From assembly GCA_027623195.1 (NCBI GenBank), contig JAQBUT010000016.1, positions 18,697 to 82,696 on the forward strand: a stretch of DNA of 64,000 nt, read 5' to 3'. Under the pieces are notes generated by a model that saw only the letters and a list, made by a program, of their open reading frames with translations, ran no database searches and had not been told where the DNA came from. Position numbers and translations under genes: made by a program. This stretch comes from Chloroflexota bacterium. Lineage in GTDB: Bacteria > Chloroflexota > Dehalococcoidia > Lucifugimonadales > JADFKI01. Below are positions 18,146 through 27,537 of this stretch, piece by piece (the stretch's first letter is position 1; the number at the start of each line of letters is the position of its first letter).

Positions 18146-18832
18146 ATGACGATTCGCTGGAAAGACGAAAGGCAGTCCGTAGTAACGGCGGCGCAGGAAA
18201 TGGCGTCGCTGGGGCTTACCGTCGGCACCAGTGGTAACGTGAGCCTCCGCGTCTCTTCTGACGACATGGGCGAGCCTGACCGGGTACTGGTTGCGATTAC
18301 TCCAACGGGCGTGTCTTACGCTGAAATGACACCCCAGGACATCGTGGTCGTTGACCTCGATGTGAACCCTGTAGACGGTGAAGGCATTCCCTCTTCCGAA
18401 ACGCTGCTGCATACGGAGATTTACCGGCGGCGTGCTGACGCTGGCGCGGTAATCCACACCCACTCGGTTTTTGCCAGTGTAGCGGCCGTAATGGGGCTGG
18501 AGATGCCGCCGATAATTGACGAGGCGATCATATCAATCGGGGGGCCGGTCAAGGTGTCCGAGTACGCCTTTCCAGGGTCGCAGGAGTTGGCCGACAACGT
18601 CTGCGCCGCGCTGGAAGGACGTAACGCCGCCATTATCCGTAACCATGGCGCCGTCTGCGTGGGCGAAGACCTCAGAGAAGCGCTGAACGTCTGCGTGATG
18701 CTGGAACGTCTGGCTCAGATATATTATTACGCTTCTATGTCGGGGAAGGTGACCACCTTGCCAGCCGATGTTGTTGAGGCCGAGGTGGCGATTTTCGAAA
18801 TGCGCCGGCAGGCCCGTTTGAATAGATCGTAA
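18146..18832 (+). CDS. class II aldolase/adducin family (L-fuculose-phosphate aldolase-like)
   Basis: GTSGNVS, TPTG, PSSE..LH, HTHS, NHG (catalytic Glu plus three Zn-binding His). Confidence 0.9.
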   Translation: MTIRWKDERQSVVTAAQEMASLGLTVGTSGNVSLRVSSDDMGEPDRVLVAITPTGVSYAEMTPQDIVVVDLDVNPVDGEGIPSSETLLHTEIYRRRADAGAVIHTHSVFASVAAVMGLEMPPIIDEAIISIGGPVKVSEYAFPGSQELADNVCAALEGRNAAIIRNHGAVCVGEDLREALNVCVMLERLAQIYYYASMSGKVTTLPADVVEAEVAIFEMRRQARLNRS

Positions 18833-18854
18833 TCAGGACTGTGAGGAATAGAGA

Positions 18855-19220
18855 ATGGTAAGCGTTCCCGGTTTCCTGCTTCGTAGGCTCTACGTTAAGG
18901 AAAGCCTTAGAAATACACCTAACGGCTTTGAGTTCCAGCTCATGAACAAGTTGGGGTCCGGATATACTCATGGCATGTCACCTCTCATCGTGGATGGCGT
19001 AGAGCAGGTTTTGAGCCGATCATTCTTCATTCTGAACGACCAGGAGACTGCTTTCGATCAGATATCCCGGGACAATACGTTCACTCTGGCCATGAACAAA
19101 GCGATTACAGTTTGGGTAGATGGCGTGACGCTGGAACCGGGCGCCCGGAAGATAGGGATGGGGTTTGATGTCCCTGGTCTTGGTACTCTAAAGTTCGACT
19201 TCACTGACGTGATCGAGTAG
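18855..19220 (+). CDS. hypothetical 121 aa protein, probably beta-rich
   Basis: GAGG RBS upstream; its stop overlaps the next start; fills the operon gap exactly. Confidence 0.75.
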   Translation: MVSVPGFLLRRLYVKESLRNTPNGFEFQLMNKLGSGYTHGMSPLIVDGVEQVLSRSFFILNDQETAFDQISRDNTFTLAMNKAITVWVDGVTLEPGARKIGMGFDVPGLGTLKFDFTDVIE

Positions 19221-20176
19221 TGACCTCTGGGATTCGAGGGATAGCTATCACGGGGGCGTCCGGCTACATAGGGGGCCAGCTTATCCGGCACTTGGACGGT
19301 CTGGATAGCGTCGACCATATCCTCGCCACAGACATCCGTCCTCCTCGGCAGCAGTACTCAAGCAAGGTTGTGTTTGTTCAACACGATGTCACATTGCCCA
19401 TGGATGATCTGTTTCGAGAGCACGGCGTGGAAGCGGTAGCACACCTGGCGTTTGTGCTTAATCCAGATCGGCAGTACAAGACGGCGCTTCGAATCAATGT
19501 GCACGGAGCCATGAATGTTATGCAATCGTGCGTTCTAGGTTACGTGCGGCATCTGGTATACCTTAGCAGCACGACAGTTTACGGGGCGCACCCAGATAAC
19601 CCTGCCCTGCTAACCGAAGAATCACCCGTGCGTCCTGTGAAGGGCTTCCGATACGGTGAGACCAAGGCGAGTGCGGACCTCTACCTACAAGGTGATCTGA
19701 TGGCAGACGCTGCTTGCGACGTATCGATACTGCGGTCATGCCCGGTACTTGGTCCAAACGCAGACAACTTCGTAGCCCAGTCCTTCTCGCGATCCACGTT
19801 GGTGGGTATTAGAGGCTTCGATCCTCCAATGCAGTTCATCCACGAGGATGACATGGTTGCGGTTCTGGCACATTGCCTGCTGAACAAAGTCAACGGCATC
19901 TACAACGTTGGCGGTGATGGGGCAGTTGCTTGGGATGAAATGGCGCGTTTGGCTGGAAAGCGCCTGTTGAGAATGCCTGCGCCGCTGCTTTATGGCCTGA
20001 CTAGTCTCACCTGGGCGCTTCGACTGCAAAATAGCTCCCCGGCATCCGGGCTAAACTTCATTCGCTACCCGTTCTTGGCCTCCACACAGAAGCTTGAACG
20101 AGAGCACGGACTGAAGGCAAAGTATACTTCCCGTGACGCTTGGGAGGCCTTCGTCGCAAGCAGGAATAAGATATGA
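19220..20176 (+). CDS. NAD-dependent epimerase/dehydratase (extended SDR)
   Basis: TGASGYIG, HLA, SSTTVYG, YGETK (YxxxK), FIHEDD. Confidence 0.9.
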   Translation: MTSGIRGIAITGASGYIGGQLIRHLDGLDSVDHILATDIRPPRQQYSSKVVFVQHDVTLPMDDLFREHGVEAVAHLAFVLNPDRQYKTALRINVHGAMNVMQSCVLGYVRHLVYLSSTTVYGAHPDNPALLTEESPVRPVKGFRYGETKASADLYLQGDLMADAACDVSILRSCPVLGPNADNFVAQSFSRSTLVGIRGFDPPMQFIHEDDMVAVLAHCLLNKVNGIYNVGGDGAVAWDEMARLAGKRLLRMPAPLLYGLTSLTWALRLQNSSPASGLNFIRYPFLASTQKLEREHGLKAKYTSRDAWEAFVASRNKI

Positions 20177-21060
20177 AAGTGTTGATCGACACGGACCCTG
20201 GCACCGACGATGCTCTTGCCTTGATCTTGGCGCTTAATTCGCCTGCATTAGAGATTCTTGGCCTAACGACCGTGGCTGGTAATGCTTCGCTGGCCCTCAC
20301 CACTCGTAACGCCCTGCGTATTCTTGAATATATGGGCCACCCAGACATTCCCGTTTACAGGGGAGCCTCCCGGCCACTCAAGGGGCACTTCACCTACGCC
20401 TACTACTACCACGGCCCCGCTGGATTGACGGTGCGACTTCCTACGCCAAAGTCGAAACCCTCCGCCGTCGCGGCTCGCCAGGCTATTGTGGACTCCGCCA
20501 AAGCCTATCCAGGCGAGCTTACCCTGATTGCATTGGGTCCCCTAACTAACGTTGCCCGGGCAATCCAGGACGAGCCAGCTTTGCCGGAATTGCTGAAAGA
20601 AATCTACGTCATGGGTGGCGCTGTTAACGTGCCGGGCAACGTGACGCCCTACGCGGAGTTCAACATTTATGACGATGCGGAGGCCGCTAACGTAGTCTTT
20701 TCGTCCGATGCCAAGATAACGCTGGTGGGGTTGGACGTATGCCACGAGCCGTCTGTTTTGCGCGATGACGCCGAATGGTTCAGCGGGAAATCCCTGGGCG
20801 AAAAGCTGGTGGCTCGCATTATAAGAAACTGGTTCAAAATGCGCCCCGATGACGACCGGTATAACCTTTGCGATCCCCTGACCGTGCTAGCTTCCCTCAG
20901 GCCAGAGCTTTTCACCTATAAACAGGCCTCCGTACAGGTCGAAACCCAGGGGGAACGTCTAGGCGAGACCACCGCAGAGTTCGGCTCTGGCCGAGTGCGG
21001 GTGGCCGTAGATATCGATGTTGCGGCCGCCAAAGATGGCGTCCTGGCAGGGTTGGGCTAG
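20173..21060 (+). CDS. inosine/uridine-preferring nucleoside hydrolase family
   Basis: DTDPGTDDA, GN, LGPLTN, MGG, AEFNIY; CDP in place of the usual HDP. Confidence 0.92.
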   Translation: MKVLIDTDPGTDDALALILALNSPALEILGLTTVAGNASLALTTRNALRILEYMGHPDIPVYRGASRPLKGHFTYAYYYHGPAGLTVRLPTPKSKPSAVAARQAIVDSAKAYPGELTLIALGPLTNVARAIQDEPALPELLKEIYVMGGAVNVPGNVTPYAEFNIYDDAEAANVVFSSDAKITLVGLDVCHEPSVLRDDAEWFSGKSLGEKLVARIIRNWFKMRPDDDRYNLCDPLTVLASLRPELFTYKQASVQVETQGERLGETTAEFGSGRVRVAVDIDVAAAKDGVLAGLG

Positions 21061-21082
21061 GCAACGGCCCCGTTGCCGTTCT
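21060..21082 (+). terminator. GC hairpin at the end of the hopanoid operon (weak terminator candidate)
   Basis: GGCAACG-GCCC-CGTTGCC directly after the stop; only a short GTTCT tail. Confidence 0.35.
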
Positions 21083-21114
21083 AACAGGCGTTGCCGGAAA
21101 ACCTGGACTAACTG

Positions 21115-21143
21115 TTGACCGTCCCTGGCGTCGGTGCTATATT
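21115..21143 (+). promoter_or_regulatory. putative sigma70 promoter of the suf operon
   Basis: TTGACC, 17 nt ending TGC, TATATT. Confidence 0.65.
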
Positions 21144-21152
21144 ACCAGTAGG

Positions 21153-21177
21153 ATTGTTGACTAAAATCATCAACAAA
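21153..21177. promoter_or_regulatory. IscR type-1-like Rrf2 operator
   Basis: ATTGTTGACTAAAATCATCAACAAA; inverted repeat TTGTTGA-N9-TCAACAA; 20/25 to ATASYYGACTRWWWYAGTCRRSTAT. Confidence 0.65.
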
Positions 21178-21205
21178 GAGTTTTACTCTCAGGAGAACAT
21201 AAAAT

Positions 21206-22666
21206 ATGACCGAACAAAGGGTCATTTCCCGTGCAACCGGAGTAGAAGACAACGAATATAAATGGGGCTTCGACTTCGATATTGAATCGGACAAAGCTCC
21301 CAAAGGACTCAGCGAGGACATTGTCCGGCTGATATCCCAAAAAAAAGGCGAGCCTGAGTGGATGTTGGAATGGCGTCTTAAGGCCTACAAGTACTGGTTG
21401 ACCCTCGATAATGAGGAGCCAAAATGGGCCAACATCGACTACCCGCCCATCGACTTTCAGGACATGTACTACTACGCGGCACCCAAGTCGTCGGCCGAAG
21501 CTCCTCAGAGCATGGATGACGTGGACCCTGAAATACGGGAGGCCTTCAACAAGCTGGGCATACCTTTGATTGAGCAGCAACGCCTGAGCGGCGTGGCCGT
21601 GGACGCAGTGCTGGACAGCGCATCCGTGGCCACCACCTATCGCAAGATGCTTGAGGAAGTGGGCGTTATATTCTGCTCCGTCAGCGAGGCCGTGAAGACC
21701 CACCCTGACCTCGTAAAGAAGTACCTTGGTTCAGTGGTTCCCTATACGGACAACTTCTTCGCTGCCCTAAACGCTGGGGTTTTCAGCGACGGTTCCTTCG
21801 TCTACGTACCTCCGGGAGTGCGTTGCCCCATCGAATTGATGACCTACTTCCGCATCAACGAACTGAACACGGGACAGTTCGAGCGAACCCTGATTATCGC
21901 GGACAAGGGCAGCTACGTAAGCTACCTTGAAGGCTGCACAGCGCCTATGCGCAAGACACATCAACTCCACGCTGCAGTTGTTGAGCTTATAGCGCTGGAC
22001 GATGCGGAAATCAAGTACTCGACATTGCAGAACTGGTTTCCTGGTGATAAGGAAGGCAACGGCGGAGTCTACAATTTCGTGACGAAGCGTGGCGCCGCAA
22101 GGGGCAAGAACTCGAAGATATCCTGGACGCAGGTGGAGACAGGCTCGGCCATCACGTGGAAGTACCCCAGCGTCATTTTGCAGGGTGACAACTCCGTGGG
22201 TGAGTTCTACTCCGTCGCGTTGGTAAACAACTACCAGCAGGCTGATACCGGCACGAAGATGATCCACATCGGCAAGAACACAAAAAGCACGATCATCGCC
22301 AAGGGCATATCCGCTGGTAAGGCGCAAAACACGTATCGCGGCCAGGTTAAAATAATGCCCTCGGCAACGAACGCTCGGAACTTTACGCAGTGCGATTCGC
22401 TCCTCATAGGGGACAAGTGTGGCGCACACACAGTCCCGTATATAGAGGTGCGGAACCCCACGGCGCAGATGGCTCACGAGGCCACCACCTCCAAGGTCGA
22501 CGACAGTCAACTGTTCTACCTGCAACAACGCGGGATAGGCCTGGAGGACGCCAACTACATGATCATAAACGGCTTTTGTCGTGGCATCTTCAAGGAGTTG
22601 CCATTCGAGTTCGCGGCTGAGGCCTCTCAGTTGCTAAGAGTAAATCTGGAGGGAACCGTAGGGTAA
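21206..22666 (+). CDS. sufB: Fe-S cluster assembly protein SufB
   Basis: [45 protein letters not shown]. Confidence 0.97.
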   Translation: MTEQRVISRATGVEDNEYKWGFDFDIESDKAPKGLSEDIVRLISQKKGEPEWMLEWRLKAYKYWLTLDNEEPKWANIDYPPIDFQDMYYYAAPKSSAEAPQSMDDVDPEIREAFNKLGIPLIEQQRLSGVAVDAVLDSASVATTYRKMLEEVGVIFCSVSEAVKTHPDLVKKYLGSVVPYTDNFFAALNAGVFSDGSFVYVPPGVRCPIELMTYFRINELNTGQFERTLIIADKGSYVSYLEGCTAPMRKTHQLHAAVVELIALDDAEIKYSTLQNWFPGDKEGNGGVYNFVTKRGAARGKNSKISWTQVETGSAITWKYPSVILQGDNSVGEFYSVALVNNYQQADTGTKMIHIGKNTKSTIIAKGISAGKAQNTYRGQVKIMPSATNARNFTQCDSLLIGDKCGAHTVPYIEVRNPTAQMAHEATTSKVDDSQLFYLQQRGIGLEDANYMIINGFCRGIFKELPFEFAAEASQLLRVNLEGTVG

Positions 22667-22668
22667 AG

Positions 22669-23448
22669 ATGACTCAGGAAATCAAGAATAGCCCAGTGCT
22701 TGAGGTCATAGACCTCCACGTTTCAATCGAAGATAAAGAGATACTAAAGGGCGTTAACCTGACCGTTAACATCGGCGAGGTACACGCTATCATGGGTCCA
22801 AACGGCTCAGGTAAGAGTACTCTCGCCAATGTTTTGGCGGGGCGACCTGAATACACGGTCACTGGAGGCCAGGTCCTGTATAAGGGCATGGACCTTCTCA
22901 GCATGCTGCCGGAATTGCGCGCTCGCGAAGGCATATTCCTTGCCTTCCAGTACCCGGTGGAGTTGCCGGGAGTTCGCACGTGGCAGTTCCTGAAGGCCTC
23001 TGTAGACGCCATTCGACAGCACAGGGGCGAGAAAGTGCTGAGCGTCCGTGAATTCGACAAACTTTTGGATGAAAAGCGTGAGATCGTCGAGATGGACACG
23101 GATCTGGTGAAGCGCTCGGTAAACGAGGGTTTCTCCGGCGGAGAGAAGAAGCGGAACGAGATAATGCAAATGGCGCTTCTCGATCCCACATTGGCGCTGC
23201 TAGACGAGACGGACTCGGGTCTCGACATCGACGCCTTGAGGATTGTCTCCGAGGGCGTTAATAAGGTACGTTCCGACAAGAACGCCTTCGTTCTCGTGAC
23301 ACACTACCAACGAATTCTGAACTACATAACGCCAGACTATGTACATGTACTGGTAGATGGCAGTATCGTGCGCTCGGGAGGCCGTGAGCTAGCCCTGGAA
23401 CTTGAAGACAAGGGCTACGAATGGCTGCGAGACCAGGTAGCGGTGTAG
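22669..23448 (+). CDS. sufC: Fe-S assembly ATPase SufC
   Basis: MGPNGSGKS, LAFQYP, VNEGFSGGEKKRNE, LDETDSGLD. Confidence 0.97.
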   Translation: MTQEIKNSPVLEVIDLHVSIEDKEILKGVNLTVNIGEVHAIMGPNGSGKSTLANVLAGRPEYTVTGGQVLYKGMDLLSMLPELRAREGIFLAFQYPVELPGVRTWQFLKASVDAIRQHRGEKVLSVREFDKLLDEKREIVEMDTDLVKRSVNEGFSGGEKKRNEIMQMALLDPTLALLDETDSGLDIDALRIVSEGVNKVRSDKNAFVLVTHYQRILNYITPDYVHVLVDGSIVRSGGRELALELEDKGYEWLRDQVAV

Positions 23449-23461
23449 GTTAAGCCAATAT

Positions 23462-24796
23462 ATGACACAGACACTAACTAAATACCAACAGTACGAAACG
23501 GACTACAAGAGCTTCGATGACTCGATTGGCAGCGGCCAGCCCGAGTGGCTACGGTCGATGCGGCTAAGTGCATGGTCACGCTTTCAGGAGCTAGGCTTTC
23601 CGACAGCGCGGCGAGGCAACGAGCCCTGGAAGTACACCAACGTGGGGCCTATAGCCGACGCAAGTTTGGCTTTGGCTACCAAGCCAGCGCAGGTTACCCT
23701 CGATCAGATCAAGGCCACAGCGCCTTGGGACGATAGCTGGCTCAACATGGTTTTTGTAGACGGACATTACGTCTCTGAATATTCCGGAAGCGCGTCTGGC
23801 AACGTCACGGTGACTAGCCTCGCGCAGGCCATTGCTAACGGCGACGAATTGGTAGAGCAACACCTGGGGCAAGCTCCTCAGTTCGAGGAAGCCGACGGGT
23901 TCGTCTCTCTTAACACGGCGTTCGTGCGGGACGGCGCGGTGCTCCACATCAAACAAGGTGTTACCGCTGATAAGCCCGTTCACCTGCTCTTCGTTTCTTC
24001 GGGAGCAGATGAGGCCACAGTGTCCCATCCCAGGGTACTCCTGGTGTGCGAGGCCAACAGTAAGGCCACACTAATCGAGAGCTTTGTCGGCCTGGACGAG
24101 AACGTCTACTTCACCAATGCCATCACCGAGATTTCGATGGCCTCAGGCGCAGAGCTGCAGCACTACCGACTAATGCAGGAGAGCGAAAAAAGCTTCCACG
24201 TTGGGTCCGCCCGCGTTCAACAAGAGTCGGATAGCGTCTACAGGTCCAAGGTGTTCGAGAGGAAAGTCGGCCTCGGTAGGTTCGACCTCTACACCAACAT
24301 GGATGGCGAGGGCTCCAGTTGTGACCTGAAGGGCCTTTACTACACGTCGGGCTCGCAGCACGTGGACAATTACATAAACATCAACCATCAGAAACCGCAC
24401 TCCACTAGCCGTCTGTACTACAAGGGCATTCTGGACGGGAAATCCAGGGCCGTATTTGGCGGGACGGTTTACGTGCAGCCTGGCGCCATCAAGACGGACT
24501 CTCGTCAAGAGGACAAGAACCTGGTGCTTTCGCCCGACGCAGAGGTGGATAGCAAACCGGCTCTTTTCATATACGCCGACGATGTAGTTTGTGGCCACGG
24601 CGCAACAGCCGGCAACATTGACCAGGACACGGTGTTCTATATGCGGAGTCGCGGTCTGGATCTTGAAGCGGCCAGCCGTCAACTGATCTACGGATTCGCG
24701 GATGAGATCATCGAGGCTGTGGAAGATGACGGCCTCCGCCAGTACCTTGAAAAGCTGTTCCTGGAATCTCTTCCCAGCTACAAGTTTGAATTCTAA
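23462..24796 (+). CDS. sufD: Fe-S cluster assembly protein SufD
   Basis: GFPT...EPWKYT, KPALFIYADDVVCGHGAT, FYMRSRG. Confidence 0.95.
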   Translation: MTQTLTKYQQYETDYKSFDDSIGSGQPEWLRSMRLSAWSRFQELGFPTARRGNEPWKYTNVGPIADASLALATKPAQVTLDQIKATAPWDDSWLNMVFVDGHYVSEYSGSASGNVTVTSLAQAIANGDELVEQHLGQAPQFEEADGFVSLNTAFVRDGAVLHIKQGVTADKPVHLLFVSSGADEATVSHPRVLLVCEANSKATLIESFVGLDENVYFTNAITEISMASGAELQHYRLMQESEKSFHVGSARVQQESDSVYRSKVFERKVGLGRFDLYTNMDGEGSSCDLKGLYYTSGSQHVDNYININHQKPHSTSRLYYKGILDGKSRAVFGGTVYVQPGAIKTDSRQEDKNLVLSPDAEVDSKPALFIYADDVVCGHGATAGNIDQDTVFYMRSRGLDLEAASRQLIYGFADEIIEAVEDDGLRQYLEKLFLESLPSYKFEF

Positions 24797-24976
24797 CTTT
24801 AAGTAGAGTTTTCAAGCGAGTGTTATCTGGCAGAGCCGGATTGCCCGTTATGGCATTTTCAGGTCGGAGCTAAATTTTGGCTGGTGTGTTCTGAGGCTTT
24901 CGATGGGAGGTATCCCGCTAGCGAAAGTACCTCGTCGTTGGATTGGAACATAAGATGAGCCGGAAAATATAGAAAA

Positions 24977-25426
24977 ATGTACGATTTACAAGAGCTATAC
25001 CAGGAAGTTGTGATGGACCATAATCGCAGTCCACGCAACTTCCGTAAATTGGGAAATGCTAACCGGTCGGCGGAGGGCTTCAACCCTCTGTGCGGTGACC
25101 AGATCACGTTGTACTTGGAAGTGGACGACGACGATAAGATCAAGGACATCGGCTTTCAAGCTGGAGGTTGCGCTATATCCAAAGCGTCAGCTTCAATGAT
25201 GACGGACGTTGTCAAAGGCGTCAGCGTGAAAGAGGCTGAACACATTTTCAATAATTTTCGTCAGATGATAACCCAGGAAGACTACGATGCCGAAATTCTA
25301 GGCGACGCGGAGATACTATCCGGTGTCTCGCAATATCCGGCGCGAATCAAATGCGCAGTGCTATCTTGGCACACGCTGAAGTCTGCGCTAGATGGCGCTG
25401 ACACTCAGCGAATTACCACCGAATAA
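24977..25426 (+). CDS. sufU: SUF-system NifU-family protein, copy 1
   Basis: LYQEVVMDH, NPLCGD, GCAISKASAS, PARIKC. Confidence 0.93.
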   Translation: MYDLQELYQEVVMDHNRSPRNFRKLGNANRSAEGFNPLCGDQITLYLEVDDDDKIKDIGFQAGGCAISKASASMMTDVVKGVSVKEAEHIFNNFRQMITQEDYDAEILGDAEILSGVSQYPARIKCAVLSWHTLKSALDGADTQRITTE

Positions 25427-25446
25427 CGGGGCAGAGGTATTTCCCA

Positions 25447-25884
25447 ATGAACATTCCCATTAAAGTCGACTACGGGGTGCGGGCGCTGGTTGATATTGCC
25501 ATGAACGGCGATGGTAACCCGGTGAGGGCCAGCGTGATAGCGGGCCGGACATCTATACCGGAGCCTTACCTGGCACAGGTGCTGCATGGGCTTAGCAGGA
25601 ATGGCATCATCAAGAGCGTGCGCGGCCCTCTGGGTGGTCACTTACTGGCCAAGCCACCCTCCGAGATACGTCTAAGCAAGGTTATGGCCTGCCTGGGTGG
25701 CACCGAGACCCCCGTGGCCTGTTTGGATGACGCATCGTCATGTATCCATGTCCCTGCATGTGCTCAGAGAGAAGTTTGGCGAAATGTTGCAGAAACTGTG
25801 TTCAAGATCTTAGACTCTACAACTATAGAAGACCTGGTCAACAGGACTCGTTCAAATCCGGCGCGAATTGAGGCCGTAGTTTAG
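25447..25884 (+). CDS. Rrf2-family regulator (IscR-like, three Cys)
   Basis: DYGVRAL, SVRGPLGG, Cx6Cx5C (CLDDASSCIHVPAC). Confidence 0.9.
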   Translation: MNIPIKVDYGVRALVDIAMNGDGNPVRASVIAGRTSIPEPYLAQVLHGLSRNGIIKSVRGPLGGHLLAKPPSEIRLSKVMACLGGTETPVACLDDASSCIHVPACAQREVWRNVAETVFKILDSTTIEDLVNRTRSNPARIEAVV

Positions 25885-25931
25885 CACCAGGACTTTGGTT
25901 AGTCTAAATAACGTTCACAGGGGGTAAAGAA

Positions 25932-26237
25932 ATGGCGTTTCAAAAAGTAGGGAAAGTAGACGAGGTTCCCGAGGGCAAGTCCAAAGTATTCGAAGTTGGC
26001 AACAGACCCATCGCAGTTTGCAATTTCGAGGGCAAGCTTTACGGCATTGAGGACGTATGTACCCACGACGGGGCATCATTCAATGCCAGCGCTCTAATCG
26101 GTTGTGAAATCGAATGCCCTCGGCACGGCGCACGCTTCGACGTGACCAACGGCAAAGTCACGGACCTTCCTGCAGTTATGCCTGTTGAAACATTTGAAGT
26201 GCGTATCGATGGAGACGACATCGAGATTGATGTCTAG
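25932..26237 (+). CDS. Rieske-type ferredoxin
   Basis: CTH...CPRHGARFD. Confidence 0.92.
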   Translation: MAFQKVGKVDEVPEGKSKVFEVGNRPIAVCNFEGKLYGIEDVCTHDGASFNASALIGCEIECPRHGARFDVTNGKVTDLPAVMPVETFEVRIDGDDIEIDV

Positions 26238-26286
26238 GTCCACTCGCAATTATGTGGACTCTCTATTTCCGAAGGGATAGTGGAAT

Positions 26287-27537
26287 ATGCTCGACGTTAG
26301 CAAAATAAGAGAGGACTTTCCGATCCTCTCCAAAAAAGTGTACGATGGCCAGCCTTTGATCTGGTTGGATTCTGCCGCGACATCGCAGAAGCCTCGTTCC
26401 GTAATTCAGTCCATCGTGGACTACTACGAAGGCTTCAATGCCAACGTACATCGTGGTGTACACGCCCTTAGCATAGAGTCCACCGCGGCCTTTGAAGACG
26501 CCCGACAGAAGGTTGCTGATTTCATTGGCGCCGAGAGTTCAGAGTGCATTATATGGACACGCAACACTACCGAGAGCATTAATCTCGTAGCGCACACATG
26601 GGCCCAGGAAAATATCCACGCCGGCGACGAGATTCTCGTTACGGCTTTGGAGCACCACAGCAATCTCGTGCCCTGGCAGAAGGTGGCTCGTGACAAGAAA
26701 GCCACGCTCCGTATAATTCCGCTGGCCAAGGACCAGTCACTGGACCTGAGCGAGATTGATACGCTGATTAACCCGCGAACCAAGCTTGTTGCCATGGTTC
26801 AAAAGTCCAACTCCATCGGAACCACCAACCCTGTTAAAGAACTAGCCGCCAAGGCCAGGGCCGTCGGCGCAGCTGTGCTGGTGGATGGCGCACAGAGCGT
26901 CCCGCACATGCCGGTGGACGTGGCGGATATCGACTGCGATTTTCTGGCCTTCTCGGGCCACAAGATGTTGGGGCCCACGGGAATAGGTGTGCTGTACGTG
27001 AAGCATGACATACTGGAGCGCATGGAGCCCTTCCTGCGTGGCGGTGATATGGTGCTCGAGGTTAGCTATGAGGATGCCTCTTGGAATAGCCTTCCTTGGC
27101 GCTTCGAGGCGGGCACTCCGAATATGGCGGGGGCCATAGGTATGGGCGCTGCCATCGATTATTTGAACGGGCTTGGCATGGAAAACGTCCGCGACCACGA
27201 CATCCAGTTGACCAAACATGCCCTCGACTCCTTCAAGGAGCTGGAAGAGGAGTTGGAGATTTACGGGCCTAAAGACCCTGCTCTTCGGTCTGGGGTCGTC
27301 TCCTTTCACCACCCGGATGTGCACCCTCACGACCTGGGTACGGTGCTGGACAGACGAGGCATAGCCATACGCACAGGTCACCACTGCACCATGCCACTGG
27401 TAAGGTCGCTTGGTGTTCCTGCTACTGCAAGGGCTAGCTTCTACCTGTACAATACCAACGAAGAGGTCGATGCACTGCTGGACGGGATTAAAGAAGCCCT
27501 GAGGTATTTCGGGAATGGCGCTGGAACGGCTGGATGA
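26287..27537 (+). CDS. sufS: cysteine desulfurase
   Basis: LDSAATSQKP, EHHSN, DGAQ, FSGHK, RTGHHC. Confidence 0.96.
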   Translation: MLDVSKIREDFPILSKKVYDGQPLIWLDSAATSQKPRSVIQSIVDYYEGFNANVHRGVHALSIESTAAFEDARQKVADFIGAESSECIIWTRNTTESINLVAHTWAQENIHAGDEILVTALEHHSNLVPWQKVARDKKATLRIIPLAKDQSLDLSEIDTLINPRTKLVAMVQKSNSIGTTNPVKELAAKARAVGAAVLVDGAQSVPHMPVDVADIDCDFLAFSGHKMLGPTGIGVLYVKHDILERMEPFLRGGDMVLEVSYEDASWNSLPWRFEAGTPNMAGAIGMGAAIDYLNGLGMENVRDHDIQLTKHALDSFKELEEELEIYGPKDPALRSGVVSFHHPDVHPHDLGTVLDRRGIAIRTGHHCTMPLVRSLGVPATARASFYLYNTNEEVDALLDGIKEALRYFGNGAGTAG

